This document shows positions 20,515-31,809 of a stretch of DNA of 64,000 bases, piece by piece (the stretch's first letter is position 1; each line of letters opens with the position of its first letter). Source of the stretch: an uncultured Nannocystaceae bacterium (GTDB lineage: Bacteria > Myxococcota_A > Bradymonadia > UBA7976 > UBA1532). The notes below the pieces were generated by a model, which saw only the letters and a list, made by a program, of their open reading frames with translations, searched no databases and was not told the DNA's origin. The DNA lies in assembly GCA_964402225.1 (NCBI GenBank), contig CAYOBQ010000018.1, positions 9,290 through 73,289 of the forward strand, read 5' to 3'. The translations under genes were made by a program, and so were the position numbers.

Positions 20515-20631
20515 TGGGCTCGGTGGGGGCCGGGCGGACGCGAGGACTCGGCCCGCGGTCGGCGCCGACCCGCGGCGACTGGGCTGCCTTTCGCGCGCTC
20601 GTGCGCTGAACCACGCGCACCCCGGGCGTGC

Positions 20632-22719
20632 GTGGGAGAAGAACCCGCGCAGACGAGGGAGGCGATCGTGCGTGGAGCGTTGTTGGCGTTGATACTGGTG
20701 TTGCCCGGTTGCCCAGACGACGAGCCCGAGGTCGTCGTCGGCGCCGATCTGTGCGCAGGGCTCGGACCCGGCTGCGAGGCGCCACGTGACCCCGCTCTCG
20801 ACCGCGCCGCCCCGTGCTCTTTCTCGCAGGTCATCGCCCTGGCCCCCCCCGGGGAGGCGTGCCCGGTCTTTCCGCGCGGGGAAGAGGATGCCGCTCCGTG
20901 GCGCGGCGGTCCTCTCTTTGCCTTCACGGTGAACGACGCGCCCGTCGATGGGCTGCCCCGGCCCGACGACGACGACGGCGAGGCGCGGTTCTGTCGCTAC
21001 GTCTACACCGGAGAGGGCACCCCGGCCGACGCGGAGGTGGACGTCCTTCGTGGGGAGATGTCCCTCGCGCGCGTCGAGACGGATTGCAGCGTCTCCGGGG
21101 GAATGGGGCTGTTCGAGACGCTCGGCCCCGACCTCCTCGCCACGGGGGACCGGATGAGCGGGGCGTTGCCGCTGGGTCCGCTCCCGTCGCTCGGCTTCGA
21201 CGGCGGGGAGAGGCTGCCGGCGCCGGTGCGGGTGGCCGTCGTGGACACCGCCGCCGACGGTCCGGTTCAGTGGGGTCCCGGCGTCTCCGACGGCACCAAC
21301 TCACCCCACGGCCGCGACATGGCGCGCATCATCCAGCGCCTCGCGTGCCCCGAGTGCGCGCAGCAGCCGGCCGGAGGGGGGGTCGAGCTGACCAACCACC
21401 CCGGACTCGATCTGGTGTGGGACGGGGGCCAGATCGTCGCCCAGTCGACGGGCGGCTACTTCGGGTACCAAGGCACGGTGGCGCTGCGCGTCTACGAGGC
21501 CTTCGCCCGTTGGTACACCGACCACCCGGAGCCTCGCCCCCCGCTGGTGATCAACCTCTCCATCGGTTGGGAGCCAGGCTTCAACGACGAGGAGGACGAC
21601 CGGAGCTTGCGGGCGAGCGCGGTGTACGAGGCCATCGAGCTCGCCGTCCGCCACGGCGCGCTCGTCATCGCCTCGGCGGGGAACCGGGGGGTCGGACCCA
21701 CCACGGGACGTGACCGGCCCGGGCCGAGCTGGCCAGCGGCCCTCGAGGCGGAGCCGGCTCCGGGGGGCGGCGCCCCGGGGTACGCCCCCTTGGTCCACGC
21801 GATCGGGGGTCTGGATGGGCTCGACGAGCCCCTCGAGAAGACCCGCCCGCAGAGCATGCCGAGGCTCGCGAGCTACGCCTTCTTCGCGGTGGCGCCGAAC
21901 GTCGCCGGGCAAGACCTCTCGGGTCCTTACACCGGCACGTCCGTCGCGGCGGCCACCGCCTCGGCCGCCGCGGCGCTGGTGTGGCGCTACCGGCCCGAGC
22001 TCACGGCCGCCGAGGTCATGCAGGTCGTCTACGACAGCGCCGTGGAGGTCGCCGGCCCCGCGGCCTTCTGCAACCCGAGCGCCAGCCCGTGCCCGGCGAC
22101 GCGTCGAGTCTCGGTGTGTGGGGCGGCGCGCGCGGCCATCGAACACGTCTGTGCGCAGGAACCCGAGCCCGCAGGCTGCGCCGAGGCGGCGGTCGAGTGC
22201 GTGGGCATCGAAGCCGCGATGGGGCACAACCCGAGCTTCCCCACCATGCCACCCTCGGTCGCCCCGGAGGAGATCGAGGCGGGCATGCTGGGCGAGGTCG
22301 AGCAGAAGGTGGCCAACTGCGACGCGCCGATCATCGCCGGAGACACGGCGGGTGAGGACCCCTGCCCGGAGCAGCAGCACTTCGGAGCGGGTCACGCCCC
22401 CTGGGCCGTCTGGCCCCAGCCGAGCAATCCCGGCTGTCACGTCTGTGCCCTCTCCGAGAGCACAGGCACGCTGTGGTACGAGCCCGGCGCCTGGCCCGAC
22501 AAGCTCACCTCGCCCAAGCTCAAGGTGGCCACGGCGGCTGGCGTGAAGGCCTACGACCTCAGCATCGGGTCGGCCACCTCGGGGCTCGTCGGTGGACAGC
22601 TCTACAAGTTCGGTGGGCTCTCGCTCCCCGGGGGGATCAAGAGCGCGAAGGTCACGTTCACCACCATCGGCACTACGGGCAAGAAGATCGCCGGTAGCGA
22701 CCAGCTCATCCTCTACTGA
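20632..22719 (+). CDS. Subtilisin-like serine protease (peptidase S8) lipoprotein.
   Basis: The N-terminus LLALILVLPGC|PDD is a lipobox. The catalytic-triad blocks are VAVVDTA (Asp), SPHGRDMARII (His) and GTSVAAATASAAAALV (Ser). The product is 695 aa. Confidence 0.85.
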   Translation: MGEEPAQTREAIVRGALLALILVLPGCPDDEPEVVVGADLCAGLGPGCEAPRDPALDRAAPCSFSQVIALAPPGEACPVFPRGEEDAAPWRGGPLFAFTVNDAPVDGLPRPDDDDGEARFCRYVYTGEGTPADAEVDVLRGEMSLARVETDCSVSGGMGLFETLGPDLLATGDRMSGALPLGPLPSLGFDGGERLPAPVRVAVVDTAADGPVQWGPGVSDGTNSPHGRDMARIIQRLACPECAQQPAGGGVELTNHPGLDLVWDGGQIVAQSTGGYFGYQGTVALRVYEAFARWYTDHPEPRPPLVINLSIGWEPGFNDEEDDRSLRASAVYEAIELAVRHGALVIASAGNRGVGPTTGRDRPGPSWPAALEAEPAPGGGAPGYAPLVHAIGGLDGLDEPLEKTRPQSMPRLASYAFFAVAPNVAGQDLSGPYTGTSVAAATASAAAALVWRYRPELTAAEVMQVVYDSAVEVAGPAAFCNPSASPCPATRRVSVCGAARAAIEHVCAQEPEPAGCAEAAVECVGIEAAMGHNPSFPTMPPSVAPEEIEAGMLGEVEQKVANCDAPIIAGDTAGEDPCPEQQHFGAGHAPWAVWPQPSNPGCHVCALSESTGTLWYEPGAWPDKLTSPKLKVATAAGVKAYDLSIGSATSGLVGGQLYKFGGLSLPGGIKSAKVTFTTIGTTGKKIAGSDQLILY

Positions 22720-22932
22720 CCTGAGTCGAGCGTCGAATCGGGGGCGCCGCCGGCCCAAATCCCCTCCGCCTGATCACCCTGGACGATCGAACTCGTTACC
22801 CGGCGCGGCACCTCTCGGGCAGGGGCGTAACGAAGTCGCGCTCTCCGCGCGCGTCGATGTTCGAGCTGACGGAGGGCTCTACGCTGGCGCGCGGTGTGCA
22901 GGGAATCAGCGGTGAAACAAAGGAGGGCCGAG

Positions 22933-25152
22933 ATGACGACCTCACCGACATTCAACCTCAGGAGTCTGCGACGTGCGGCCTCGGATTTCCGAGGCGTCGC
23001 GCTGCTCGCGGCCCTCGCCTTCGTCGCCTGTGACGATGCGAGGGACGGCGACCAGCCGGCCTTCGAGGAGCGGACCGTGGGGCTCCACGCCTTCGAGTCC
23101 TGCGACTCGCTGCTCGAGTACCTGCACGCCGAGGCGACCGCCGAGCTCGACCGCTTCGGCGAGGTCGCGCCACCGTTCGCCGTCGAAGAGGCCGGCCGCG
23201 GGAGCGTCGGCGCCCCGGCGCCGCAGGATGGCGGCAACGGGGAGGCGGGGTACTCCCGGACCAACGTGCAGGAGGCGGGGGTCGATGAGCCCGACCTCGT
23301 GAAGACCGACGGCGAGTTCATCTACCTCGTGCGCGGTCGGCTGCTGCTCATCTACGACGCCGTCGATCTGGCCCTGCTGAGCGAGACCCATCTGGCCGGC
23401 TACGAGGCCCAGCTCCTGCTCGACGGCGATGACCTGGTGGTCCTGGGCTATCGCTGGGGTGAGCCCGAGGAGGCCTTCCCCGACGCCGACGCCGTGCGCC
23501 TCGGGCGGGTCACCAAGACCGTCGTCAGCGTGTTCGACGTCACCGACCGCGGGGCCCCGGCGCTGGTCCGGCGCCGCTACGTGGAGGGCCACCTTCAGGC
23601 CGCACGCATGGTCGGGCGTACGGTTCGCGCGGCCATCTACCACGACGCCGCCTCCGTGATCGCCTGGGACATCGAGGTGCCCGGTGAGGGCGGGGGGGGC
23701 GGCAGCACGCCCGGCGACCCCGGTCGACCCGTCGCCGACGCCGGGACGTCCGTTGATCCGACGCCGGCCCCCGATGAGGGCGGCGGAGACGACGACGCAC
23801 GGAAGGACCACCACGAGGTGGCCGTCGCGGCCTGGCGCGAGGCCATCGCCGAGACCACGCTCGACGACTGGATGCCGCAGGTCTACACCGTCGCTGGCGA
23901 CGCCCGTGAGGTGGGGCCGGTGGCGAGCTGCGAGCGCTTCCACCGCCCCGGCGAGCGGGCGGGCACCGGGGTGGTCGTCGTCTTCAGCCTCGACCTCGAC
24001 CGCCCGGCGGAGCGCCTGGGCGATCCCGCCGTCGTCACGGGCCCCGGGGTGGTCTACGCCAGCGCGGGTTCGCTGTATCTCACCACCTCGAATCACCACG
24101 CCTGGCCCGTCCGCGGCGGTGACGTGGCGGTGGGCGTCGCCGAGTCGCCGCCCGAATCGACGGGGGGCGTCGAGACCCAGGAGAGCCCGCTGCGCGAGCC
24201 CGACGACGAGCGAATCGCCACCCAGGTCCACAAGCTCGACATCACCGACGCCGAGGTCGGCGCCGTCTACCGCGCCAGCGGCCGGGTCTTCGGCATCCCG
24301 CTCAACCAATTCAGCATGGGCGAGCACGAGGCCCACCTGCGCATCGCCACCACCGAGGAGCACTGGGGCGAGGGCCGCGACGCGAGCGAGAACCACGTCT
24401 TCGTTCTCGGCGAGACCGAGGCCGACGCCGATGAGGTCGCCGACCGGGCCCTGGAGATCACCGGCGAGGTGACGGGGCTCGCGCCCGGGGAGCGCATCTA
24501 CGCCGTCCGCTTCCTGGGCGACCGCGGCTTCGTGGTCACCTTCAGGCAGGTGGACCCGCTGTTCACCCTCGATCTGTCGGACCCCGCGGATCCGCGGCTG
24601 ATGGGCGAGCTGAAGGTGCTCGGCTTCTCGACCTACCTGCACCCGTTCGACGATGATCACTTGATCGGCATCGGCCAGTCCGCCACCGAGGAGGGGCGCG
24701 TCACCGGCCTCCAGCTCAGCCTCTTCGACGTCTCCGACCTCGCGGATCCGTCGTTGGCCCACAAGACGCTGCTCGGCGAGGGCTGGAGCGAAGCGCTGTA
24801 CGACCACCACGCCTTCAACTTCTGGGCCCCCGAGTCGGCGCTGATGGTCCCAACCAACGCGTGGGACGGCGAGCAGCCGCGCATGGGCCTCGACGTCTTT
24901 CGGGTGAGCCTCGAAGACGGCTTCGTCGCCGATGGCCACGTCAGCCACGCCGATCTGGTCGAGGGCTGGCGACCCCACGTACGGCGAAGCCTGGTCATCG
25001 CCGACGCCGTGTACTCGATGAGCGATGTGGGGATGAAGGCCAACGGCTTCGATGACCTCATGGAGCGTGCGCGCTGCGTCTTCCCCGACGACCCCGACCG
25101 GCACGACGGCCGCGAGCCACCGAAGCCCGAGCCCGGCGAGGACCGCGACTGA
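22933..25152 (+). CDS. Beta-propeller-domain lipoprotein (PF09826-like 'beta propeller domain' family).
   Basis: The start MTTSPTFNLRSLRRAASDFRGVALLAALAFVAC|DD is a lipobox. The body is long and non-repetitive, with YSRTNVQEAGVDEPDLVKTDGEFIYLV and a C-terminal HKTLLGEGWSEALYDHHAFNFW typical of this family. Confidence 0.65.
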   Translation: MTTSPTFNLRSLRRAASDFRGVALLAALAFVACDDARDGDQPAFEERTVGLHAFESCDSLLEYLHAEATAELDRFGEVAPPFAVEEAGRGSVGAPAPQDGGNGEAGYSRTNVQEAGVDEPDLVKTDGEFIYLVRGRLLLIYDAVDLALLSETHLAGYEAQLLLDGDDLVVLGYRWGEPEEAFPDADAVRLGRVTKTVVSVFDVTDRGAPALVRRRYVEGHLQAARMVGRTVRAAIYHDAASVIAWDIEVPGEGGGGGSTPGDPGRPVADAGTSVDPTPAPDEGGGDDDARKDHHEVAVAAWREAIAETTLDDWMPQVYTVAGDAREVGPVASCERFHRPGERAGTGVVVVFSLDLDRPAERLGDPAVVTGPGVVYASAGSLYLTTSNHHAWPVRGGDVAVGVAESPPESTGGVETQESPLREPDDERIATQVHKLDITDAEVGAVYRASGRVFGIPLNQFSMGEHEAHLRIATTEEHWGEGRDASENHVFVLGETEADADEVADRALEITGEVTGLAPGERIYAVRFLGDRGFVVTFRQVDPLFTLDLSDPADPRLMGELKVLGFSTYLHPFDDDHLIGIGQSATEEGRVTGLQLSLFDVSDLADPSLAHKTLLGEGWSEALYDHHAFNFWAPESALMVPTNAWDGEQPRMGLDVFRVSLEDGFVADGHVSHADLVEGWRPHVRRSLVIADAVYSMSDVGMKANGFDDLMERARCVFPDDPDRHDGREPPKPEPGEDRD

Positions 25153-25174
25153 CCGGCCTCAGCCGCCGCCCGTC

Positions 25175-26002
25175 TCAGCGATCACGTCGCAGCGCGGCGA
25201 GCTCGGCGCGGAGCCGCGCGGCGTCCTGCTCGGCTACGCTCCGAGCCTGGCGCTCGGCCGCCAGCGCTTCGTCAGCGGCCACCAACGCTTCCTCCGCCGT
25301 CGGGACCAGATCGTGGCCTGCCATGTCGCGGCAGAGCCGCAGGCGTGCGACGGGCCCCTCGTGGACCACGACCAGCCCCGCATCGATTTGCTCGCTCCAC
25401 GTCGGCCCCGCCCCTCGGTAGACGCGCACGAAGGCGCCGTCGCTCTCGCGGCGGTAGAGCTGAAGCGCCACGCGCTCGTCTGACCCGCGACCACTCGCGG
25501 CCTCGGGATCGAAGATCACCAGCTCCTCGGTGCCCAGCAGCGCGTACTTGGCCGGCGCCTCCTCGTAGTCCTTCTCCCACCGTGCGCGGCGGCCCCCCTT
25601 CGCCGAGACGACCTCGACGGCGAACCGCGGAGGGCGGCGGCCGGGCTTCCAGGTCTCCCACATCTCCGGGTGTGGCGGTGGCGGTGGGTCGTCGAGCAGG
25701 TAGACATCGGGTGACACCCGCACGTTCGGCTCGTGGGGGACCCAGGCAAAGAACTGGTCACCGGCGATGTGCACGTCGGGCCACCCGAGCGTTCGCGCGA
25801 GCGCCTTGAGCGAGGACTTCAAGACGAAGATGATCTGTTCCTGCTCGCTGCTCTCGCCCCTGTCCTCCTCGTCGGTCAGATACCACGTGGACCAATCGAT
25901 GCGGGCGCCGACCTCGTGGGGGAGCGGATCGCGGACCACGCTGAGGACGCGCGGGGGGCGGCTGGGCTTCTCGTCAGTCGAGAGGGCATGAGCCGGCCGC
26001 AT
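25175..26002 (-). CDS. Uma2-family (DUF820) putative restriction-endonuclease-like protein.
   Basis: The block [43 protein letters not shown] is the family's PD-(D/E)xK-like core. An internal Met (MRPAHALS) was chosen as the start. The ORF track begins at 26059. Confidence 0.65.
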   Translation of the reverse strand: MRPAHALSTDEKPSRPPRVLSVVRDPLPHEVGARIDWSTWYLTDEEDRGESSEQEQIIFVLKSSLKALARTLGWPDVHIAGDQFFAWVPHEPNVRVSPDVYLLDDPPPPPHPEMWETWKPGRRPPRFAVEVVSAKGGRRARWEKDYEEAPAKYALLGTEELVIFDPEAASGRGSDERVALQLYRRESDGAFVRVYRGAGPTWSEQIDAGLVVVHEGPVARLRLCRDMAGHDLVPTAEEALVAADEALAAERQARSVAEQDAARLRAELAALRRDR

Positions 26003-26050
26003 GGTGGCAGCGTACCATATGGGCGGGGCCCCTACCGGGCGACCATCCCG

Positions 26051-29000
26051 ATGTGCCAAGCTGGCCGCCTGGGGGTCGTCGTGCGTCGCTCTTCGCTCGT
26101 CCTGGCAATGCTCGTGTCTGTCGCGGTGGCCCAGCCGCGCGAGTACCCGGCCGGCGTCTTCGACGACATCATGCTGCTATGGGACGTCATGAACGCGTTC
26201 ACCGAGGAGGTGAACGTCGATGATGACCTGACGCGCGAGGCGGCGTTTCCCGGGCGGAGCCTGGCGGACTTCGACCGCAATCGGAACGGGCAGTTCTACA
26301 CCGCCCAGGACGCCTTCGGGCTCCTCGATGTCGATCTGGCCGTGGTCCAGTTCATCCACGATCCGGTGGACGCCGATGGCGATGGGCTGCTGGGCTTCTT
26401 CGAACTCGAGTGCGCCCATGTGGGGGGCCTCAGCCTCGACCCCAACCGCCGCGCGACCCTCGACGGCATCGACGACGGTGATCGCGACTGCGATGGCGAC
26501 CGGATCACGAACCGCGCCGAGGTGGAGCATCGCCTCGATCCCCTCGACCCGGCGGACGGAGACGACGACCACGACGGCGACGGGCTGAGCAGCAGTGTCG
26601 AGGGCGGCCTCGGCACCGATCCCTTTCGGCGCGACTCCGACGGCGACGGCCTCGACGACGCCTTTGAGGTGGTGGATCCGGGGGCGCCACGCGACGCCGA
26701 CGCCGACGGCACGATCGACGCACTCCAACGGGACCGCGATGGGGATGGGGTCGACGACGGAGGGGACAATTGCCCGGACCTCGGCAACCCCGGGCAGGGT
26801 GATCTCGACGCGGATGGGGCGGGTGATGCGTGCGACGCCGACCGGGACGATGACGGGCGTACGGACGGGGAGGACAACTGCCCGGCGGTGGCCAACGGCG
26901 ACCAGGTCGATCTCGACGGCGATGGCCTGGGCGACGAGTGCGACGCCGATCGCGACGGGGATGGACGCGACGACGCCTTCGACAACTGCCCGGCGTTGGC
27001 GAACGATCAGGCGGACCTCGAGGGCGATGGCGTGGGCGACGCCTGCGACGACGACGATGACAACGACACCGTGCCCGACGGGGCGGACCTCTGCCCGCGG
27101 GACTGGGACCAGCTCCAGGTCGACCAGGACGGCGACGGCGTGGGCCTCGCCTGTGACGACGACGACGGAGTCCCGACGCGCGCCGAGGACTGCCCGGCGG
27201 GGCCCGATTGCGATGGGGACGGGCGCGACGACGATGGGGACAACTGCCCCTTCGTCCGAAACGCCGGGCAGGAGGACACCGATGGCGACGGGGTGGGTGA
27301 CGTCTGCGATGGCGACATCGACGGCGATGACCGGGACAACGCCCAGGACAACTGCGCGCTGATCGACAACGACCAGGCGGATCTCGACGCGGACGGCGTG
27401 GGTGATGTCTGCGACGAGGACATCGACGGCGATGGTCGTGACGACGACGGGGACAACTGCTTCGGGCTGGCGAACCCGGACCAGGCGGACCTCGACGAGG
27501 ACGGCGCGGGCGACGCCTGCGACCGGGACGTCGACGACGACGGTTTCGACAACGAGGCGGACAACTGCCCACGCATCTCGAACCCGGAGCAGCCCGACGC
27601 CGACGCCGATGGGGCCGGCGACGTGTGTGACGACGACGACGACGGGGACGGGACGCCGGACGATCTGGACAACTGCCCGCGGGACGCCAACGCCCCCCAA
27701 GGCGACGTGGATGGAGACGAGCTGGGGGACGTCTGCGACCCCGATCCCGACGGCGACGCGCTGGCGGAGGGGGACAACTGCCCGCTGGCGGACAACCCCG
27801 ACCAGGCCGACGCCGACGGGGACGGGGTGGGCGACGTCTGCGACGAGGACCGCGATGGGGACGGGGTCGCCGATGTCGAGGACGGCTGCCCGGCGGTGGT
27901 CGATCCGGCGCAGGGCGACGTCGATGGGGACGGCAACGGGGACGCCTGCGACCCCGATGACGACGGCGATCTGGTGCCCGATGGGAACGACAACTGCCCG
28001 CGGGCCTTGAACCCCGGTCAGAGCGATCTGGACGGGGACGGTTTCGGCGACGCCTGCGATCCCGACAGCGACAACGACGAGATCGTCGATGGGGAGGACA
28101 ACTGCCCGGTGGACCGCAACCGCGATCAGGCGGATCGCGACCAGGACGGGCTGGGCGACCCCTGCGACGTCGATGACGACGGCGACGCGGTGGACGACGT
28201 GGACGACAACTGCCGCGTGGTGCCCAACGCCGATCAGGCCGACGAAGACGAGGACGGCGTCGGCGACGCGTGCGCGGCGGATCTGGACGACGACGGGGTG
28301 CTAAACGCCGACGACAACTGCCCCGAGGTGCCGAACCCCGGGCAGCTCGATCTCGACGGGGACGGCGCCGGCGACCTGTGCGACGCCGACCGGGACAACG
28401 ACGGAGCCCCCGACCATCAGGACCGGTGCCCCGAACAGCCCGGTGACGGCGGGGACGCCGACCGGGACGGGTTGGGCGATGTGTGCGACGACGACGACGA
28501 TGGCGACGGGGTGGTGGATGGCGAGGACCGCTGTCCGGCGGTGGCCGATGCGGGTCAGGGGGACGCGGACGGCGACGGCCGGGGCGACGCGTGCGACGAC
28601 GACGACGACAACGACGGGACGCCCGACGCCGATGACCCGTGCCCGCGGGTGGCCGACGCCGGGCGCGGTGATGGCTGCGTGGTGGACGCCGACGGGGACG
28701 GGGTCGACGAGGACAACTGTCCGGGGGTCGCCAATCCGGGGCAGTTCGACCGCGACCGGGACGGCATCGGGGACGCCTGCGACGACAACGTGGACGGTGA
28801 CGGTGACGGCACCGACGACGGCGGGGACAACTGCCCGACGGCGGTCAACGCCAACCAGGCGGACACCGACGGGGATGGCCGCGGGGACGTCTGCGACCCC
28901 GACGACGACGACGATGGGATCGGGGACGGGGGTGACAACTGCCCGCTGTTGGCGAACGCGGACCAAGCCGACGCCGATGGCGATCGCGTGGGCGATCTGT

Positions 29001-30397
29001 GTGACGAGGACCGCGATGGGGATGGGGTGGCCAACGACGCCGACGACTGCCCCGACGCAGCCGACGCGGGCGGCGACGGCCGGGCCTGCGATCCAGACGA
29101 CGACGGCGACGGGGTCCCCGACGAGGCCGACGGTTGCCCCTGGGCGGCGGATCTCGGGCAGAACGACGGCGACGCTGACGGGATCGGAGACGCCTGCGAC
29201 GCGGACGCGGACGGAGACGGAGACGGGGTCGACGACGGGGCCGACCTTTGTCCTGCCCTCGGCGATCCCGACCAGGGAGACGTGGATCGCGACGGGATCG
29301 GCGATGCCTGCGACGACGACGCGGACGGGGACGGCGTCCCCAACGAGGACGATGGGTGTCCTCTGGCGGCCGACGCCGCGCAGCTCGACTCGGACGGAGA
29401 CGGCGCCGGCGACGTCTGCGACGACGACGACGACGACGACGAGATCACCGACGCCAACGATGTGTGTCCCCTCGCCGACAACGCCGGGGCTGATGGCGAC
29501 GGGGATGGGACGGACGACGGCTGCGACCCCGACGACGACGGTGACGGCGTGCTCGACGGCGACGACGTCTGCCCGCTGGTGGCCGACGCGAGGCAAGCGG
29601 ATCTGGACGTGGACGGCGTCGGCGACGCGTGCGACGCCGACGATGATGGCGACGGCGTGGAGGACCCCGTGGACCGTTGTCCGCGCATCTTTGACCCGGA
29701 TCAGGCCGACCTGGACCGGGACGGGCTGGGCGACGCGTGCGATGCGGACCGCGACGGGGACGGGCGCGGCAACGAGGAGGACAACTGCCCCGACGCCGTC
29801 AACGCGGGGCAAGACGACGGCGACGAGGACGGGGTGGGCGACGCGTGCGATCCGGACCTGGTCGACAGCGACGCCGACGGGCTCGTCGACCAGATCGAGA
29901 TCGACTGTGGCCTCGACCGAAACGACGGGGACGATCTGGACCTGGATCACGACCACGACGGGATCGCCAACGGCGCCGAGTGCGAAGCGGGGACGCCGGT
30001 GCTTCCGGTGGTCTTCCTCCGCGCCTTCGATCCGGGGGAGGCGGGGCTGGTCGGCGTCGATGTCCACCTGCGGCCGACGGATCCGGCGCCAGCGCTGATC
30101 GAGCTGCGGCTGGTCCACGACGCCGAGCTCGTGGAGGTGACGCCGGGGGATGCGGCGGCGGACGCGTCCAAGGACGTCTTCGTCGGGGTCGCGGGGGCGA
30201 CGGAGCTTCGGTTGACGGCGACGAGCTTGCACACCGGGCCGGTCGGCGCCGGGGTCCTCGCGCGCCTGACGCTGCGGGCCGAAGGGCCGGTGAGGGTCCG
30301 CTTCGGCCTGGCCCAGGGGCAGGTGGCGCCGGCGGGGGCGGTCCTGACCTACGGCGTCGGTCACCCGGACGCGGCGCTGGTCGTGGGGGCGCCATGA
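26051..30397 (+). CDS. Giant secreted protein with ~35 thrombospondin type-3 (TSP3) calcium-binding repeats and an N-terminal EF-hand/dockerin-like module.
   Basis: The signal peptide is [29 protein letters not shown]. The unit DNCPxxxNPxQxDxDxDGxGDxCD recurs across about 3 kb. The N-terminal ~150 aa (FDRNRNGQF...DADGDGLLG...[12 protein letters not shown]) are paralogous to the N-terminus of the 31806 gene. The stop overlaps the next start (ATGA). Confidence 0.85.
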   Translation: MCQAGRLGVVVRRSSLVLAMLVSVAVAQPREYPAGVFDDIMLLWDVMNAFTEEVNVDDDLTREAAFPGRSLADFDRNRNGQFYTAQDAFGLLDVDLAVVQFIHDPVDADGDGLLGFFELECAHVGGLSLDPNRRATLDGIDDGDRDCDGDRITNRAEVEHRLDPLDPADGDDDHDGDGLSSSVEGGLGTDPFRRDSDGDGLDDAFEVVDPGAPRDADADGTIDALQRDRDGDGVDDGGDNCPDLGNPGQGDLDADGAGDACDADRDDDGRTDGEDNCPAVANGDQVDLDGDGLGDECDADRDGDGRDDAFDNCPALANDQADLEGDGVGDACDDDDDNDTVPDGADLCPRDWDQLQVDQDGDGVGLACDDDDGVPTRAEDCPAGPDCDGDGRDDDGDNCPFVRNAGQEDTDGDGVGDVCDGDIDGDDRDNAQDNCALIDNDQADLDADGVGDVCDEDIDGDGRDDDGDNCFGLANPDQADLDEDGAGDACDRDVDDDGFDNEADNCPRISNPEQPDADADGAGDVCDDDDDGDGTPDDLDNCPRDANAPQGDVDGDELGDVCDPDPDGDALAEGDNCPLADNPDQADADGDGVGDVCDEDRDGDGVADVEDGCPAVVDPAQGDVDGDGNGDACDPDDDGDLVPDGNDNCPRALNPGQSDLDGDGFGDACDPDSDNDEIVDGEDNCPVDRNRDQADRDQDGLGDPCDVDDDGDAVDDVDDNCRVVPNADQADEDEDGVGDACAADLDDDGVLNADDNCPEVPNPGQLDLDGDGAGDLCDADRDNDGAPDHQDRCPEQPGDGGDADRDGLGDVCDDDDDGDGVVDGEDRCPAVADAGQGDADGDGRGDACDDDDDNDGTPDADDPCPRVADAGRGDGCVVDADGDGVDEDNCPGVANPGQFDRDRDGIGDACDDNVDGDGDGTDDGGDNCPTAVNANQADTDGDGRGDVCDPDDDDDGIGDGGDNCPLLANADQADADGDRVGDLCDEDRDGDGVANDADDCPDAADAGGDGRACDPDDDGDGVPDEADGCPWAADLGQNDGDADGIGDACDADADGDGDGVDDGADLCPALGDPDQGDVDRDGIGDACDDDADGDGVPNEDDGCPLAADAAQLDSDGDGAGDVCDDDDDDDEITDANDVCPLADNAGADGDGDGTDDGCDPDDDGDGVLDGDDVCPLVADARQADLDVDGVGDACDADDDGDGVEDPVDRCPRIFDPDQADLDRDGLGDACDADRDGDGRGNEEDNCPDAVNAGQDDGDEDGVGDACDPDLVDSDADGLVDQIEIDCGLDRNDGDDLDLDHDHDGIANGAECEAGTPVLPVVFLRAFDPGEAGLVGVDVHLRPTDPAPALIELRLVHDAELVEVTPGDAAADASKDVFVGVAGATELRLTATSLHTGPVGAGVLARLTLRAEGPVRVRFGLAQGQVAPAGAVLTYGVGHPDAALVVGAP
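26760..29850 (+). repeat. Coding tandem array of TSP3-type repeat units (~72-110 nt each).
   Basis: The peptide unit DNCPxxxNxDQxDxDxDGxGDxCD recurs more than 30 times at DNA level (gacaactgccc...gacggcgacggg...). Confidence 0.7.
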
Positions 30398-31809
30398 GGT
30401 TGCGCCATACGCTGCCGCTGCTGTTGTTGTGGGCCTGCGACACTCAGCCTGGGCTGGTTGATGGGGGCGCCCGGGACGGCGCCGATCTCGACTCGGCGGC
30501 GCTGGATGATCTCGGGGTCCCCGAGGACGTGGCGGTGGACACGGCCCTCGACGCCGCCGGGGACACGGGCGGCGATGTCCCGGTGGACGTCGCCGTCGCC
30601 GTGGACGCGACCGACGGGGCGACGGATGGCGCCGTCGCCGACGTCGCGCCCGACGCCGCGCCCGAGCCGACGCTCTGCGAGGTCTGCGAGGGGGACGATG
30701 ACTGCCCCTCCGGGCTTTGTCTGGAGGTCGGGCTGCGGCGCTTCTGCGGGGCGGACTGCGCCGACGACGAGGACTGCGCCGACGGCTTCGAGTGCATCGA
30801 CACCGATCTGGAGAACGACGAGGAACCCCTGCAATGTGTCCCGGCGGGGGGGCTGTGTCCGGCGTGCGCTGGCGACGACACGACCTGCGATGGCATCGAC
30901 GACGACTGCGATGGGACGGCGGACGAGGACTTCGTCGGGGTCGAATGCGCCGACTCCTGCGCGTCTGTGGGGTGCGTCGCGGGGGAGGTCACGGCGTGCC
31001 CGGATCCGTCCGTCGATGGCTGTGATGGGGTGGACGACGACTGCGACGGGACGACGGACGAGGACTACGTCGCCGGACCTGGCTGCGGGGTCGGGGCGTG
31101 TGCGCGCGGGGAGGCGTGCGTCTCCGGTGAGGCCGCATGCGAGCCGGGTGAAGCGGCGGCGGACGACGCGACCTGCGACGCCGTCGATGACGATTGTGAC
31201 GGGGCCCAGGACGAGGACTTCGTGAGCCCCGAGCGCTGCGGTCTCGGGGTGTGCGAACGCGCCGTGGCGTGCGTCGGTGGCGAGGTGGGCTGTGTGCCCG
31301 GCGAGCCGCTCGCGGCGACCGACGTGACCTGTGACGGGATCGACGACGACTGCGACGGGGCCCCCGACGACGAGTGCCAGCGCAACGTGCTGCGCTTCGA
31401 GCTCGCCGAGATGGGCGAGGGTTTCGTCGACGTGAACCTGGTCTACGCGCAGCAGCACTCGCCGCTCAACGACGGTGTCTACTGGCAACCCCGGGCCCTC
31501 GATCTGCGAGTTCTGGCGCCCGTCGGGCTGTCGCTGCGGCTGCCGAACCCCGAGGGCGTCGTGCCCGGTCCCTCGGTGGTCGCCGCGGACAAGCGGATCA
31601 ACGTCGTGCGCCGCGGCGAGCGGGAGACGCGACTCTCGATCATCTCGGCGGGCAACTCGAATCGGGTGGCCCCGGGCGTCTTGGCGACGCTGCGCTACAC
31701 CCACGACGCGGCGCCGCCCTTCGGCTTCGAGTGGGACGAGCTGCGCACGAACATGGCGCCGGTCGAGGCCCTCGAAGTGCTCGAAGTCGAAGCGGGGCTC
31801 ATCCAGTGA
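30395..31809 (+). CDS. Lipoprotein with four MopE-like 'CDGxDDDCDGxxDE' Cys-rich repeats and a C-terminal beta-rich domain.
   Basis: The N-terminus [15 protein letters not shown]|DTQ is a lipobox. Repeats include TCDGIDDDCDGTADEDF, GCDGVDDDCDGTTDEDY and TCDAVDDDCDGAQDEDF. It is coupled to both neighbours by ATGA and GTGA overlaps. Confidence 0.75.

Noticed and set aside
20447-20927. ORFs 20460..20927 - and 20447..20785 - between the CHAT and S8 genes.
   Set aside because: They are Arg/Pro-rich, overlap the S8 protease N-terminus antisense, and have no sequence features of real proteins.
26700-29900. Possible CRISPR-like array, suggested by regularly spaced short repeats.
   Set aside because: The periodicity comes from coding thrombospondin type-3 repeats (gacaactgccc...gacggcgacggg) within one long ORF. 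The repeat units are imperfect, and there are no unique spacers or cas genes.
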